Source: Anthoceros angustus
Taxonomy: Eukaryota; Plantae; Anthocerotophyta
NCBI GenBank assembly: GCA_010909165.1
Contig: MU008197.1
Span: 1-64,000 of the forward strand
Length of the DNA stretch: 64,000 nt
Direction of reading: 5' to 3'
A model generated the notes under the pieces. The model had not been told where the DNA came from. It saw nothing but the letters and a program-made list of their open reading frames with translations, and did no database searches. Below are positions 1-13,429 of the stretch, piece by piece; position 1 is the first letter of the stretch, and the number at the start of each line of letters is the position of its first letter. Both the position numbers and the translations under genes were made by a program.

Positions 1-719
1 GTGGCTGGCCCGCCCGCCCGCCCGCCGCGCGCCGCGCCCGACACAATGAGGGCGCCGGGCCGCCGCCTGAGGCGCTGCTCGCCGCCGCCTCGACACGCCC
101 GCCGCCTGCACTGCCGCCGCCCCGCCCGACTCGCCTCGCCCCCGCCCGCCGCCCGCCGCCCCGATCGCCTAACCACCGCCTCAGGCGCAGCAGCCCCGCC
201 AAATCGGCCTCGCCGCCCTAAACCATCCCCGCCTCAATCTTAGGACATGAACCCTAAAACGGGCATGTGGCTTGCCTACCCTACCCTAAATAACATCAAC
301 AAAAAATTTTTGTGCGCGAAAAACACAGAGTGCGAAAAAGAAAGTTCCCTTTCTATCTTCCGTGACCAAGTGGCTTTGGTGAGTCCCCTTTGGCTACCCC
401 ATTTTGGCCGTTACCAAACCGGACACCAAAAGTTTTATGGAAGAAAAAATGTCCGTCCCTCTCGGCCCCTCTTTGGTATGCTAATCGCTCTCAAATTAGA
501 GCCTTCCAAAAGAAATCAAAATCTTTCTAATTTCTATTTTAGAAATAGGCATGAGATTCTTTTGAATAAAAGTAAGAAAAAGAAACAGAATAATTTAAAT
601 TATATTCAAGAATTAGATAATGAATATCATCTTGACTCTCTAGAAAGAACGATAGATTCTATCCAATCTAGAATAAATGTTTTACATTGAAGTGAAAAAA
701 TGATGGGAAAAGCCCATCT

Positions 720-1807
720 AGGAGGGGACAACCAATGGGGACCCGGGGGATCAAGGTGGAGAGGAGCAACTGAGCTCCCTACCTAAAGTCACCTACTACA
801 CCCAAAATGTCATATGCAGGAAGAATAAACGGCTTGCAAACCACAGAGGTAGAGGAAGATGCGTCACCTAATATCATTGCCTTGTGGAGGATCGCCGTTG
901 AGAGCGACTGTTGAAGGGCATTTGAAACCCGCTGTAAGAAGTATGATGTGAAGTATGAGGGACCGAGACAAGGTTTTGCTAGGTGTTTTAGCACCGACTT
1001 GAAAATTTGTCAAAGTCCTCAGCCATTGCCCCATGCGTTTCTAGTAAAGTGGAATAAAGAGGTGGCCCGCTTGCATCCCGCTATATTTATGCGACCTTGA
1101 GAGCTTGTTCGACAACCTAGACGGTTAGTGATGACTTGAGCGGAGATGGTGTCACGTGCAAGATTAGTGAAACCTGGTCGCCACGGACAAGGTAATGTGT
1201 CACCGATTGAACGACTTTGAGAGTATACCTCCGCCCCTCCGTGCCATGTGGAAGCCGATTTCATGAGCGATGGCAAACATGACATCGCCACGGCGCCGTG
1301 GAGTGGCAATGTGATGACCCCGTGCAATGAGCAAAATTACGTAATCATCGAGAGCAAAGCCGCATTCGCAAGTAAAGAGGGAAGAAGCCACAGGCTGGAG
1401 CAGGCCAAGACGGAATCACATCTCGGTAGTGAAGGTGGTTGGTGCGATGTGAAAACCCCATATGCATGGGCGGGCCAGTACACGTGCGCCCTTCCTAGAA
1501 CAAGAGCGGAGCTTTTGTGGACTGGAATGGAGGGGTCTGGAGGAGACCGGAAAGCCCGCTGAAATGCTCGAGGTTACCGCAACCCAAACCATTAGTGATA
1601 AATGTCGAAAGGAGGAAGTCCTTCGAGCATCCACCGATAATATGTCCGCCCGCCTCAAGGAGAAAAGGTTCCCTCCGCCACACTGACACGAGATCCTCCA
1701 GAAGGGCCTGGCTATGGAGGATGAAGTAGAAGCCAAAGTAAAAGGGAGAGGGCCTAATCGCCAAGAAAGCCGGGAAGAGACCTCCAACGAGCAAACCTGC
1801 CTCAAAT
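720..1807 (-). mobile_element. CRE-clade (RLE-type) non-LTR retrotransposon, 3' part (zinc knuckle and restriction-like endonuclease region)
   Basis: Minus-strand fragments 'FTCECGFALDD...' and C-terminal 'QRVSNALQQSLSTAILH', typical of CRE/RLE elements. Reading continues from 33918 once the Copia insertion is removed (QASLPAQF|EAGLL). Confidence 0.7.
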
Positions 1808-1975
1808 TGTAAGGGTATTAAAGCCCAATGTACTAGACTAATACACTTACACTAAGTTAGGTGCCGCCATATCATTAGTTTAGTCAAGCTAATCACTAGG
1901 AAGCTTCTGTGCTCCCTAGAGGCCTCTTGAGCTTCCTAGGAGTTCTATTGGAGGTATAAATACCCTCCAAGCCTA
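1808..1975 (+). repeat. 5' LTR of Copia A (3'-truncated)
   Basis: Aligns to 33672-33838 up to TATAAATACCCTCCAAGCCT, then diverges. Confidence 0.8.
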
Positions 1976-4025
1976 TTCGAAAGAACAAGCGATAATGTTC
2001 CCAGTGCGTAAAATGCATCAAGCCCATAAGGCAGTTAGGCCAAACCGATAGTACGGCTACGTGATGAGCGAGGACCGGATGAGCTGCTAGATCTACTATC
2101 ATGCTAACATTGTCAAAACACTGCAGATTTCAATGGAAAGATAAGACCACGAGTTACTTAACCGTGGCAAAAAGTGTGTAATTCGTACGAGAAGCAAAGC
2201 GCGGCTTCTCGTTTATTGTCAAACACTGTGGACTTGAAGATGAAGGAAGGACGAGGATGTCCGATCACCGAATGATTTCAATACCATTTTCACCCAGCCT
2301 CATCTCAAGGTATCACATTCCGGATGCCGTGACAGATGAAGGCATTGGCCTGTCTCTACGAATACATTAATAGGGTGTGTCAACAAGAGCCGGAGTAAGG
2401 GAAACCATTGGATACCCATTGCCTCTATATGTGAAACTTTCTGCTGGATTGCCTCAAGCTGAGGAGGACAAAGCTGAATGGAGAAGGCCATGCAAATGTA
2501 AATGAATTTTGCCGATAAGAACCAAACTTGGGAGTTGGTTCGATTGCCTAGATAAGAAGCCATCATCGGCAAATGGGTGTACAAGATGAAGGTCATACCT
2601 TGATGGCAAACCAAGGACAAGGCACATTGGTTGCTAAGGGTTTGAGCAACAACCGTGCATTGACTTTGATGAGATTTTCTCACTAGTAGTCAAAATGACA
2701 ACTTTGCGATGTTCTTGCTTTGGTTGCTGTGAATGATATGGAACTTGTACAGATGGATGTCAAGATGGCATTCTTGCATGGTGACCGTTAGAGAGATAAG
2801 TAAACGCTAATATATTATTTAGTGTCCTAATTATCTAGGCCATAGGGTTTGAGCGAAGAGTCACTTTCCTAGTATTTAAACACCATGCCTTATGGCCTTG
2901 TTGCATAACCTAATTCATTTGTTCTAATTACAAGCCCGCCTCCTACACTTTCCAACATGGTATCGTGAGCTCAATGCTTATGATCCTCCCCGAGTCTAAG
3001 GAGTGCCGCGCCAGCCCATCGAGAAGTTCTCAACATGGAGAGTCGCCGCAGTATGTGAACCAAGGCACATGGCCGCCTGACGGAGAATGACCCACGAGCC
3101 TGCAATAGCCTTGTGCACCACGCTGTGAGGCTCCATCAAGGGGCCAGCCCACCACCTCGCTACAAGCGGCATGTATTCTTCACACTTTCAACACCGCCAA
3201 AGACTCGATCGACTCGCAAGCAAGCTTGGACCCACGGCCCCCACTAATATACTTGTGAATTCCATCGCGGAATTCAACAAAATTACACGAATTGAAGGCT
3301 CACCCGCATGAAGCCATCTTGATGCGTGTGTGCCTGCAGTGCACGGAAAATCGTGATTTGGCCTGCACTCGGAGGAGCGGCACCGCCTCCTCACCTCAGC
3401 CGGCCAGAGAGGCAAAGGCCTCACCTCGGCTGAACGGAGCGCCCAGCCGCCCTCACCTCCAGAACTGAGCGCAATGCCCTCACCTGAACCTGAGCAGGCC
3501 GCCCTCACCTCGGCGTGAACGGGCGCCTCACCTCAGGAACTTAGGCAGCCCCAGCCGCCCTCACCTCGCCGCGGAATCTGAAGGCGCCGCCCATATAGAG
3601 AGTGCGGTCGAGGCGCCGCTGCACCCCGCTTAGTGCATAGGCGGTAATCGCGGAACACCCTGGCATGGGTTACGCTGGGCGCAGGCCTCCCATCGCATCC
3701 CCAAGTCGGAATTGCACCGGCCGCGGTCAGGCGGCGTGTGCACTGGAGGCCTCCCCGCACGAGGCCAGGGCGAGGCCACAGGCCCCGAACGCCGTGAGTG
3801 GCCGAACGCCGTGCCAACGCCATGGTGCCTCCCAGGGACGCCGACGTATCCTCTGGCCACAGCGGCGCCGGCAGACCGGCCGGCGAACGGGCGCTACCGC
3901 ACGGGCCGTGAACGGGGTGGGCCTCCTCACCTCACTTGTTTTTTCAAAATTACGCTTCGCTGCCGCACTGTGACTTGAACACATGACCTCAACCTCCTAA
4001 TCCAGAGACCCACCACAACACCAAC

Positions 4026-7000
4026 AAGAAGAAGAAGAATTTTATTTAAGTCCACTAAGGACGGATTTCCATGGACCGATTTGTCATACATACAAAGAAA
4101 GTATATTGAAAAATTAACCGCTATTCAACTGCCCGAGAACTAGTGACGTGAACCATTATGTAATGTCGTATGTTGAACTCTTGAAAATGTTGAGTCCGCT
4201 TCTCCCACATTTGCTTTAGGCAAACACTAAATAGGATCAGAAAAGAGAAAAGCGAAGTGAAGATCGTGTTGTAAATAGAGGGATAAAATTCGAATATCTT
4301 CATATATGTGAGGAACACAAAGTGTTCTTCGCCCACCCCTCGCTGCATAACCCGCAAATTGACTCCTTTGGTGGCTTAGGACGAGCTATCTATCCGTCAA
4401 TCCTAAGACGGTGAGACCGGCACCTAAGATGACCTATAATCATCCTTAGTTTGAAAGACACCGGTGCAAGGTAAAGAGGGAGCAGGTTTCCGAATTGGAT
4501 AAAATACAAAATACTGCTTATAAGTGTCAAGCCTAGGGATAAGGGAGAGAGGAGACCAAGTATAGGACAAGTATGTAGTCCGCAAATCAAGGCGGATGGA
4601 CTTATTTGGAGGAGGTGGCAAGAACGAAAAGGGATGGGCCGGAAGACTCTGGACAAAATCCAAATTTCGACCATGAGCAAGATTGCGATACCAACAAGTC
4701 TTATCTCCCGAGACGGCTAATTTTCGGGAGGACTGAAAAGCAAGAAGGAGGTATGAGGGAGGAGGTAGGATGATCCGAATGAGCTTCTTCCAATGAACAG
4801 AGTAGAAGAAGTTAGTCAAGCGAAATAGACCATCCAAAGGAATGTGGCAAACTCGCAAGGAAGATGGGAAGGGGATGACCTCTTGCACGCAATGTGGGGA
4901 CGAAGAAAGGATGCCCGAACCTCCTCCACCTTGCACCAATCGTCGGAGAGAGGTACGGTCCCCAAAACTCCGCATACATAGTCAAGGAACGACGACCGTG
5001 TTGAATAACCATTGCCGAGTGGGGATGTCCTTGATGTGCATCCGAGAGCACCGCCTTCAACCCCACACGCCGATGCCACACCCTTGAGAATGCGAGGAGG
5101 CAGAGCTTCCATCAAGTGTGGCCATACAGAGTTCCACCTGTGTAGACATAAGATCGAACTACCCGGACAAGTTCACCGTTATAGTAGAACTTGAGATTGT
5201 GTTGCACCGATCCCGCTGAAGAACATGACCTTAGTCTTCTTGAGATTGACCTCCAAATCTCGCCGCAGGCGCGACAATATGTCAAGTTGCCGTTGGAGGC
5301 CCCGAGGAGAGTGGGAGAGAAGGGCAATGTCATCCGTGATACAAGAGAATAGCAATGTAGACCAAGGAAAGGATGCAACCAGGATCCCCATACTCCGCAA
5401 TCCAAGACTCATCATCTATGTAGAGGCCAAATAGGTTAGGAGAAGATGGATCGCCAGACTCCCATGTTGCAAAGCAAATCCAAAAGGTCAAAAGCAAGAT
5501 AAGGAGTGCGGATCTTGGCTTTCACCTTGTCATATAGAACCCCTATGGCATGAAGAAGATGAGGAGGCATACCACCTATGGAAGCGGTCAAAGAGCTTCT
5601 CCTCGAGATAGAGTCCTTGAAGTCAACAAAACATACATAAACATGCTCATATCCTTCTTCCGCTCTTGGCTTCAATAATAGCAATGAGAGTGAAGAGATT
5701 ATCCGGTATTGCGCGGACGAAATCCACCGCCCTGGCTCCTAACTCCAAAGATTCTCACCCAAGTCGAGTGAGAATTTCCAAGCAAGAGCTAAAGATCTTG
5801 GCAAAATGGACTCAACCATGATATACCTATAGTTGGATGGGAGCCGAGGGTCACTGCCTTGAAGATGGAATGGATGTCATTCCAAAGACCACTCATCCGA
5901 AATCCATGGACCAAAGCTGGAAAAAACAAGGGGGGAGCAATCACCATAGGACTTGCGAGAAAAGCTCTCCAGAATGTCTTCGTGGTGGGGCTCTACCAGA
6001 TCTAAGGTTATTGATGGCGGTAAGGATAAGGTCGAGTGAAAAGCTTGACCCCGGATCCATGGTCCTAATCGAGGTATAGATTCCAAAGAAAAGAGTTTGG
6101 ACATATTCGATAAGCTCGAGACGCCTGCAGCTTGGATAGTTTGATGGGAATGAAACTCCTCCAAAAGCAAAGACCGCCAGGGATTCCTTAAGGAGCTTGA
6201 CAAGACGATCACGTTGGGAGGAAAAGAAAGCACTTTTGACAAAGAATGAGGGCTTTGTACGGCTTGACAATTTTGTACAACCGGGAATGATGAGACTTGG
6301 ATGGAACCTTGAGAGCTCAAGGTAGTTGTGAGTATGGAAGCGATGTTGCACTGCCATCAAACCAGTGGATGACGAGGAGCGTGTTGGAAAGCTTGACGGG
6401 TGACAAGGTTAGGAGGAAGATTTGATGTGCACAAGAAAGCAGGAAGTGAAAGTGGTGAAGGGAAGAGACGGAGGAATAGCGGCCAAGGATCTTTTAAAAG
6501 AGAGGAGTATTGGGAAGCTAGACGATGGTCGAGGGAAAAGCGACTCTAGGAGACTTGTGGTATTGTAGAATGGTTTATGGCTTATGACACGAGATGTGCC
6601 AAGACAAGAAGGCATGGTCGACTCTAGAGGCTTGAAGTTAGAAACATAAAACCGATGCAATCAAGAAACGAAAGAAGCCCGCCCTAGAACGTAATCAAGA
6701 ATAAAGCAGGAAGTTGACCAAGGCAAAGTGGGTGATCCTCTCGCCTGTGCCATTGAGAGAGTTGTATATAAATAATCCATGCGACTCCACGAGGTTGAGA
6801 AGTGCAAAAGATTAACTTGCGGATCATCGACCTTCTCCGCAAGCCCAGTCCGCAACATCAAGCGGAATAGTTGATGTCGATCATCCGGTGCGAGATAGGA
6901 GATTGTTCCGAGGAGGTCCAAGCATTGAAGTCTCCAACCAAGAGGATATCTCCTTGGGGCATGAAAACATGAGATCTTCAGAGAGGTCTTGAAACGTAAA

Positions 7001-8560
7001 GAGAGGTTGGCCTCAGCATGCGGAGAACCCCGAGGTGGAAAGTAGCAAGATGCTATGAACAAATGACTTAGATGGAAGGATGGTTGAAAACCTTGATCCA
7101 TAAGACCTCCAAGGAGTCCTCCTAGCGATATGATGAAATCAGAGAGAGAAGATCGAAAACAAGCGACGCCACAGCCTTGGCCTTTGAAGAGACATAATTC
7201 AAAAGAGAAAAAGAATGGAAGTTGGGAAAGGTGGGAGGTGTCTAGCTGTGTTCGTGAGTTTCGGATCAAGTCGTGTTCGTGAGAGATCAAGTCGTGTTCC
7301 GCTAAACCATATCGTTGTGCCCATAAAGATCCATTACAATTCCTGTGAAGCCATCTTGATGATTCCCCGGGTGGCATTGCAGTGACCTTCATAAGGTCAA
7401 GAGCCACGAACTCGGGAGGGCTCTTTGACAATCACCGATCTCCATGGAAGAAAGGCTTCCCAATGGCGAGCCTCCCCGAAGCCGTGATCAAAGCTTGCTT
7501 GGTCTTCACCGTAGCTTGGTTAAATCATCTCCTATATAAATATCCTCGAGATTAGTACGGGCGCGCAAGACTTGGAGCCTATCCCGAGAGAATGGAAACG
7601 ATGAGAAGATCAAGGACGAGCAGGTCCTTACTCACCAGCCAAGCATTCGGAAAGATATGCCCGGTAAATGGAGCTTCGTGGCTAAGAACTCGATATGACT
7701 TGTTCTAATTCGACAAGCCCGCACTCAAGATTGAGGGAGCGCCGATCCGCTCTTGAGATTCAAGAATTGCCGCATCAACGGCTTCAAGGCAAGGATGGCG
7801 CGGCTTGAGGAGGAGGAACCAACATGGCATCGCCCAACTTCTCCACTTTGACCGCATAAATTGTTTTGCAAATCGTCCGCGACTTGAGTTTTGAAATGGA
7901 CATACGCTGCATATAGCCTGACTTCTCCTTGACGAATTTCTTGAGCTCCAAACATTTAACTTCCATGGAAGCGAAGCTTGCTGCATAATATCTTGTTTGA
8001 AGGTCGCCACGCCTCGTTGAGCGCATAATGTGCGTAAAACTCCTCGAACGTGTCCAATCGGTTGATGTTGGAAGACGCCTGCTTTTAATTGAGGAACCGC
8101 CTTCGAAGGTAAGAAGGCAATTGCTTATTGAGGGAAGCAATTTGGTGTTGATGGACAATATCCGCACGTATGACTGGAAATTCTCGCCCAATTCCTTCAA
8201 GTGCAACAATCTCGAGTTCGAATCTTGTCTTCAAAATGTTGCTTGAAATTGAACTCCGCTTTAAGTTCGTGGCACCTTGGGAAGCCTGAAAGTCTGATCG
8301 CAACTTCTTGATATCAACTTGGAAGGATTTGAACAACCTCTCGATTTTATTCTTGCCCCTCGTTCCTTGGAAGATGTAGGAGCCTGCGATTCTGTGAAGT
8401 CTATGGAGTCCAAAACGGGTTCTCCTCCAAGCATAATATCCGAAGCCATGAGAAAGTAGGTGGTGCAGCAGTGCGCTCAAAGGCGGGGCCAGCTATGTAT
8501 GCAAGAGCGAAAGGTGGTAAGAGAACCAAGCCGCCCTCACCGCCGCCGCCGCCTCCTACC
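4026..8560 (-). mobile_element. RTE/RTEX-like LINE (ORF1, APE endonuclease, RT, C-terminal Cys/His domain) with (TTC)n tail
   Basis: APE remnants (RNCNGSLW, SRMDY) at 6661-7431. RT motifs 'HVYVCFVDFK' and 'DDIALLSHSPRGLQRQLDIL...LEVNLKKTKVM' at 5180-5690. C-terminal 'HLRCRSHRLRI...CGLC...EEHF' at 4300-4440. 3' end AATAAAA(TTC)n at 4026-4050. The 5' boundary is approximate. Confidence 0.75.
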
Positions 8561-8800
8561 GAGTCCTAGGCCCCTCCCCGCCTGGCCAACCTCCTGATCA
8601 AAGTGAGGTCAGACCGCCCATGGAGCCCCAGAACTGGACCGCACACTCACCGGCAACGCCGGCCGCCACCATGCCGGGTCTCACCGCCCGTCCGTGAATG
8701 CCGACGGCATCGTGACGATTTCCGCCGCCGGCATCTGGCTGTGGACGCGAGGCTGCGCCGAGTTGGTCTCGCACCGCCCAGGTTCTCCCCGCCCGCCAGC

Positions 8801-9765
<965 letters not shown>

Positions 9766-12700
9766 CTCGACCGCACTACATTCGTTGACAATATAGTGTG
9801 TTCATTTGAATATATTTAAATAGATAGAAATAGGGGTGGGGGGTGTAATTTAGCCGAGTTAGGCATAACCTTTTTAGTTATTCCTCGTCCTCCAAAGAAC
9901 ACTCTCCCATTTCTCCCCGCCTCTAAAACATAATTAGGTTCTTATGCCACCGAACCCATCTTGAGGGGGATCACATAGCTACAACGTCGTAGTCGTAATC
10001 CTACTTAGCTTAAGTTTTCATGGCACATAAGATGAATGTTCTAATTACTAGTTTCCAAACTTGAACCTTCTTCCCCACACCCTCCCCGCCTCATGGCGAC
10101 AACGAGTTCACCTATATTTACTTCAGAACTTAGAGAGAAGGACAGGTTCAAAGGAGATGGCTACCCCACCTGGCGCGTAAGGATGAAGACCACTTTACTA
10201 GCACACCAATTTCTGCAGGAGTAGGTGCGGGTGTGGCTGCTGGATCCGGCTTCTTATATGATCCGTCCACTCGCCGTCTTTGCTTGGTAACCGGACTTAC
10301 CTTAGCGTAGCCACCTGTGGGGAGACTTGCCTCGGTATGTATCGAATCGATCGACAAATTGTAATGAGCTTACTTTCAAAGAAGCCAGTTAGTATTAAAG
10401 TCGTCAACGGATAGTTGGTCTCTTGAGATAGGTGACGTAGCACCACCGGAGTAGATGTCAGTGAAGGCATGTATGAGTTTCGGACAATGGGTGGAATGAT
10501 CCCAATAAGCGGCTTTGCATTGTGGTCATCAATCTTTACAGGTGTCACAGACAACGGTGTTCCGCAGGTACAGCCCTCAACCATTCATCATAAAAGCTCA
10601 AGCTATGATCAAAGATATGCTTTGTAAATCTTTGGAGCCCAATTAAATGGCGTGAGGCCGAGGTCGCCTGAGTTGCCCGAGGTGCCGGGCAAGTTGCCTT
10701 CCGTTGTCTCATTGCTCGTGGTTGTCGGGTGAACCGTCTGGAGAGTGAACTGCAACTTAAAGAAAGGATTGATAGGAGTAGTGAGCACACTCTGTCTGTT
10801 ATGCAACAAAACAAATGGGGCCGTGACGAATCGAGTGAGCCAGACTGAGGCGACTATCTCCGTGAATCAGAGCAGCTTCGTGATCAAGAGAGCTATAAAT
10901 AGGAACGTGATGAGTGCCAGTTTGTGCGGGGGTTCAAGGTGTGCATAGTTTCCAATGGGAGCCCAACCTCACAACTCATGCTCATAATGGAATCAGAATT
11001 AACGGTGAATCGGCCACGGTGTCCGACATCCACCGCTCTCACACCATCCGCCGACACTGCCTCGGGAAGAGTGGGGACGCCCCATACTGTGTATTGTGCT
11101 TGAGGTCGGTAGCGCTCTTATCACGGACTATCTTTGTCCCAAACGTTGAGTTCTACAACTCGGCCAATGAGATCTGGGGCCACTTGGAGAAGACATACAA
11201 GGTCCAAAACTTAATGACACTGCGCTTAGACAAGAGTTTTCGCCTTGAAGATGAAGGAAGGGACAAGGTGGCAGACACCAAATAGGTGTTCCACATCTTA
11301 GAGCCTGCTCACCACCGATCCGGAGAGAAGATGCTCGAGGTAGATGCTGGCGCAGCCTCACAACCCTTCCTCCTACCAAACCTTGTCACTAGTCGAACGG
11401 CCTCGCAGTCGCTTTATCGCTCGTGCAACAACTCATCACCTTGAAGAAGTGATGCGCTGTTCCGTGGAGGAGCAAAGTCGCGCCTTCTCATCCGACGCTG
11501 TTAAGAACAAGATGGACAAGGTGTTAGCAGCCAACTTCCGCAGAGGCCAACCACCTAAGGAGATGAGGAAGACCGAGGAGCACCTCCTCACCGTGTCGGG
11601 CCGCGGAGAGACGCCCTTCACTGATCGCTGTAATCGCACTGGCGGCATACCGACACCGGGCACGCGAGAAGAAAAAGGCGGTGAGCCCCGTTACCCAAAC
11701 CGCTGCAAGCGTCGCACAAGGACGATCAAGGCATGTGTGAAGATACTCACGGCCTTGTCCGAGCTCCGTCAATGACGACGGCCGCTGGGTACTCGACTTT
11801 GGAGCTACCTCACATCCGCAAGGATGTAGGTTCTGTTTCACCACCTTGACACTTGCTCCGGAGTGACAAGGTCATGTTAAGCGCAGAAAGCAGCGTAACC
11901 AGCTTGTGGATACAAGGCAAAGGTACCGTGATATCTTCAAACTCAATGATGGCTCATTTGGCCGGAAGACGCCCTCTTCGTGCCCACCATGGCAAAGAAC
12001 TTGATGTCCATGAGCCAGCTCATGCGCCTCAAAGAATTCAACTGGCGGATCATGAGCACGCCGCTTACAAGCGTAGCCCCACACACTGTGTGTTCAAGGG
12101 ACTACCTATCCAGGATCTGTACAGCTCAACATCACTGCCGCCAAAGAGTTGCACAACACTCACTCGCCCCACTGGAGCCCCTCAGCTTTCTCTCGAGAGG
12201 GGGCGGACTCAACACTTCGTCCTCCAGCCAGATACCCCGAGATACCACGCATACATACAGCGGATCAAGCTCGTAGCTCCACCTAATCACCGCAAGCCGC
12301 TAGTCCCTCGTCCCCGGATCAATTATCCTAAATAGGGTATTAAGTTTAAGAGGGGGTGTTAGAGATAATAAGTAAACGTTAATATTATTTAGTGTCCTAA
12401 TTATCTAGGCCATAGGGTTTAGCGAAGAGTCACCAGCGAAGAGTCACTTTTCCTAGTATTTAAACACCCATGCCTTATGGCCTTGTTAACCTAATTCATT
12501 TGTTCTTAATTACATGCTTCCGCTCTCGCTACACTTTCCAACATGACCTTCAAGAGGAAGTCTACATGCAGCAACCAGAAGGTTTTGTTGAGAAGGGCAA
12601 AGAGAATCTGGTGTGCAGGTGGTATCACAAGTTCCACTCATTTATGCTTTCTCAAGGAACATGGTAATTCTGTAAGGAGGTTAATATGCACCATGGGGGT

Positions 12701-13429
12701 TTTCTGCCTTTTATTCGGCAATGAGGGTTTCCAATGGGTCTCCATTTAGGGTTTTGAATCGTGGTCCAAAATGCCTCGTAAAATAGGGTGTTCATCTGCA
12801 CACAAATTTCGTGTATCGATGTAGGAGGCAAAGGGTTTTGATAACCCCTCATACATCCATTTGGCTCCATTTCGGACCCGGATGGGACGACCTTTGTGCG
12901 GTGTGATGATGAAGACCGATGAGCAAAACCCGCAACTCACAAAACATGGTGCGCGGGTCCTTTTCCATTAAGTACAACTCTCGCCGCTAGTACAATGGTC
13001 GAGGGTCAATGTCGGGCCCCGCTCGGAAAACACAATTCTAATGTTGTATGGGGCGGCCGACCGCCCTCTTCACCTCGCCCATGGACACCCTTTGACCGTG
13101 TGTAATTGTGGCCCCATTGTACACGGAAGAGAAATAGTGTTCCCCACTTGCCGGGTGAACCGTAACATGCAAAGAAGTCATACATCGAGACAGTCGTTGA
13201 GGACCGCCGGCATGGACATACAAACAACGCTCGTTTGGTTAACGCTCGCAATGCGTTGCACATGAACACCATCTTCCGCCGATGTCTCGTATGGATTTGT
13301 CGCTATGCTTAGGAAGGCTGGTTTCCACCGGTCTTTGTAATCGCATAATAATATAAACTTGCGGAAGACAACGCTCGTTAAGTGGGAAAAATAGCCTTAT
13401 AACAATGAATTTGGAGAATCTATTGAAAC

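Noticed and set aside
247-690. 147 aa ORF as a real gene
   Set aside because: It spans two compositionally different segments and has no recognisable domain.
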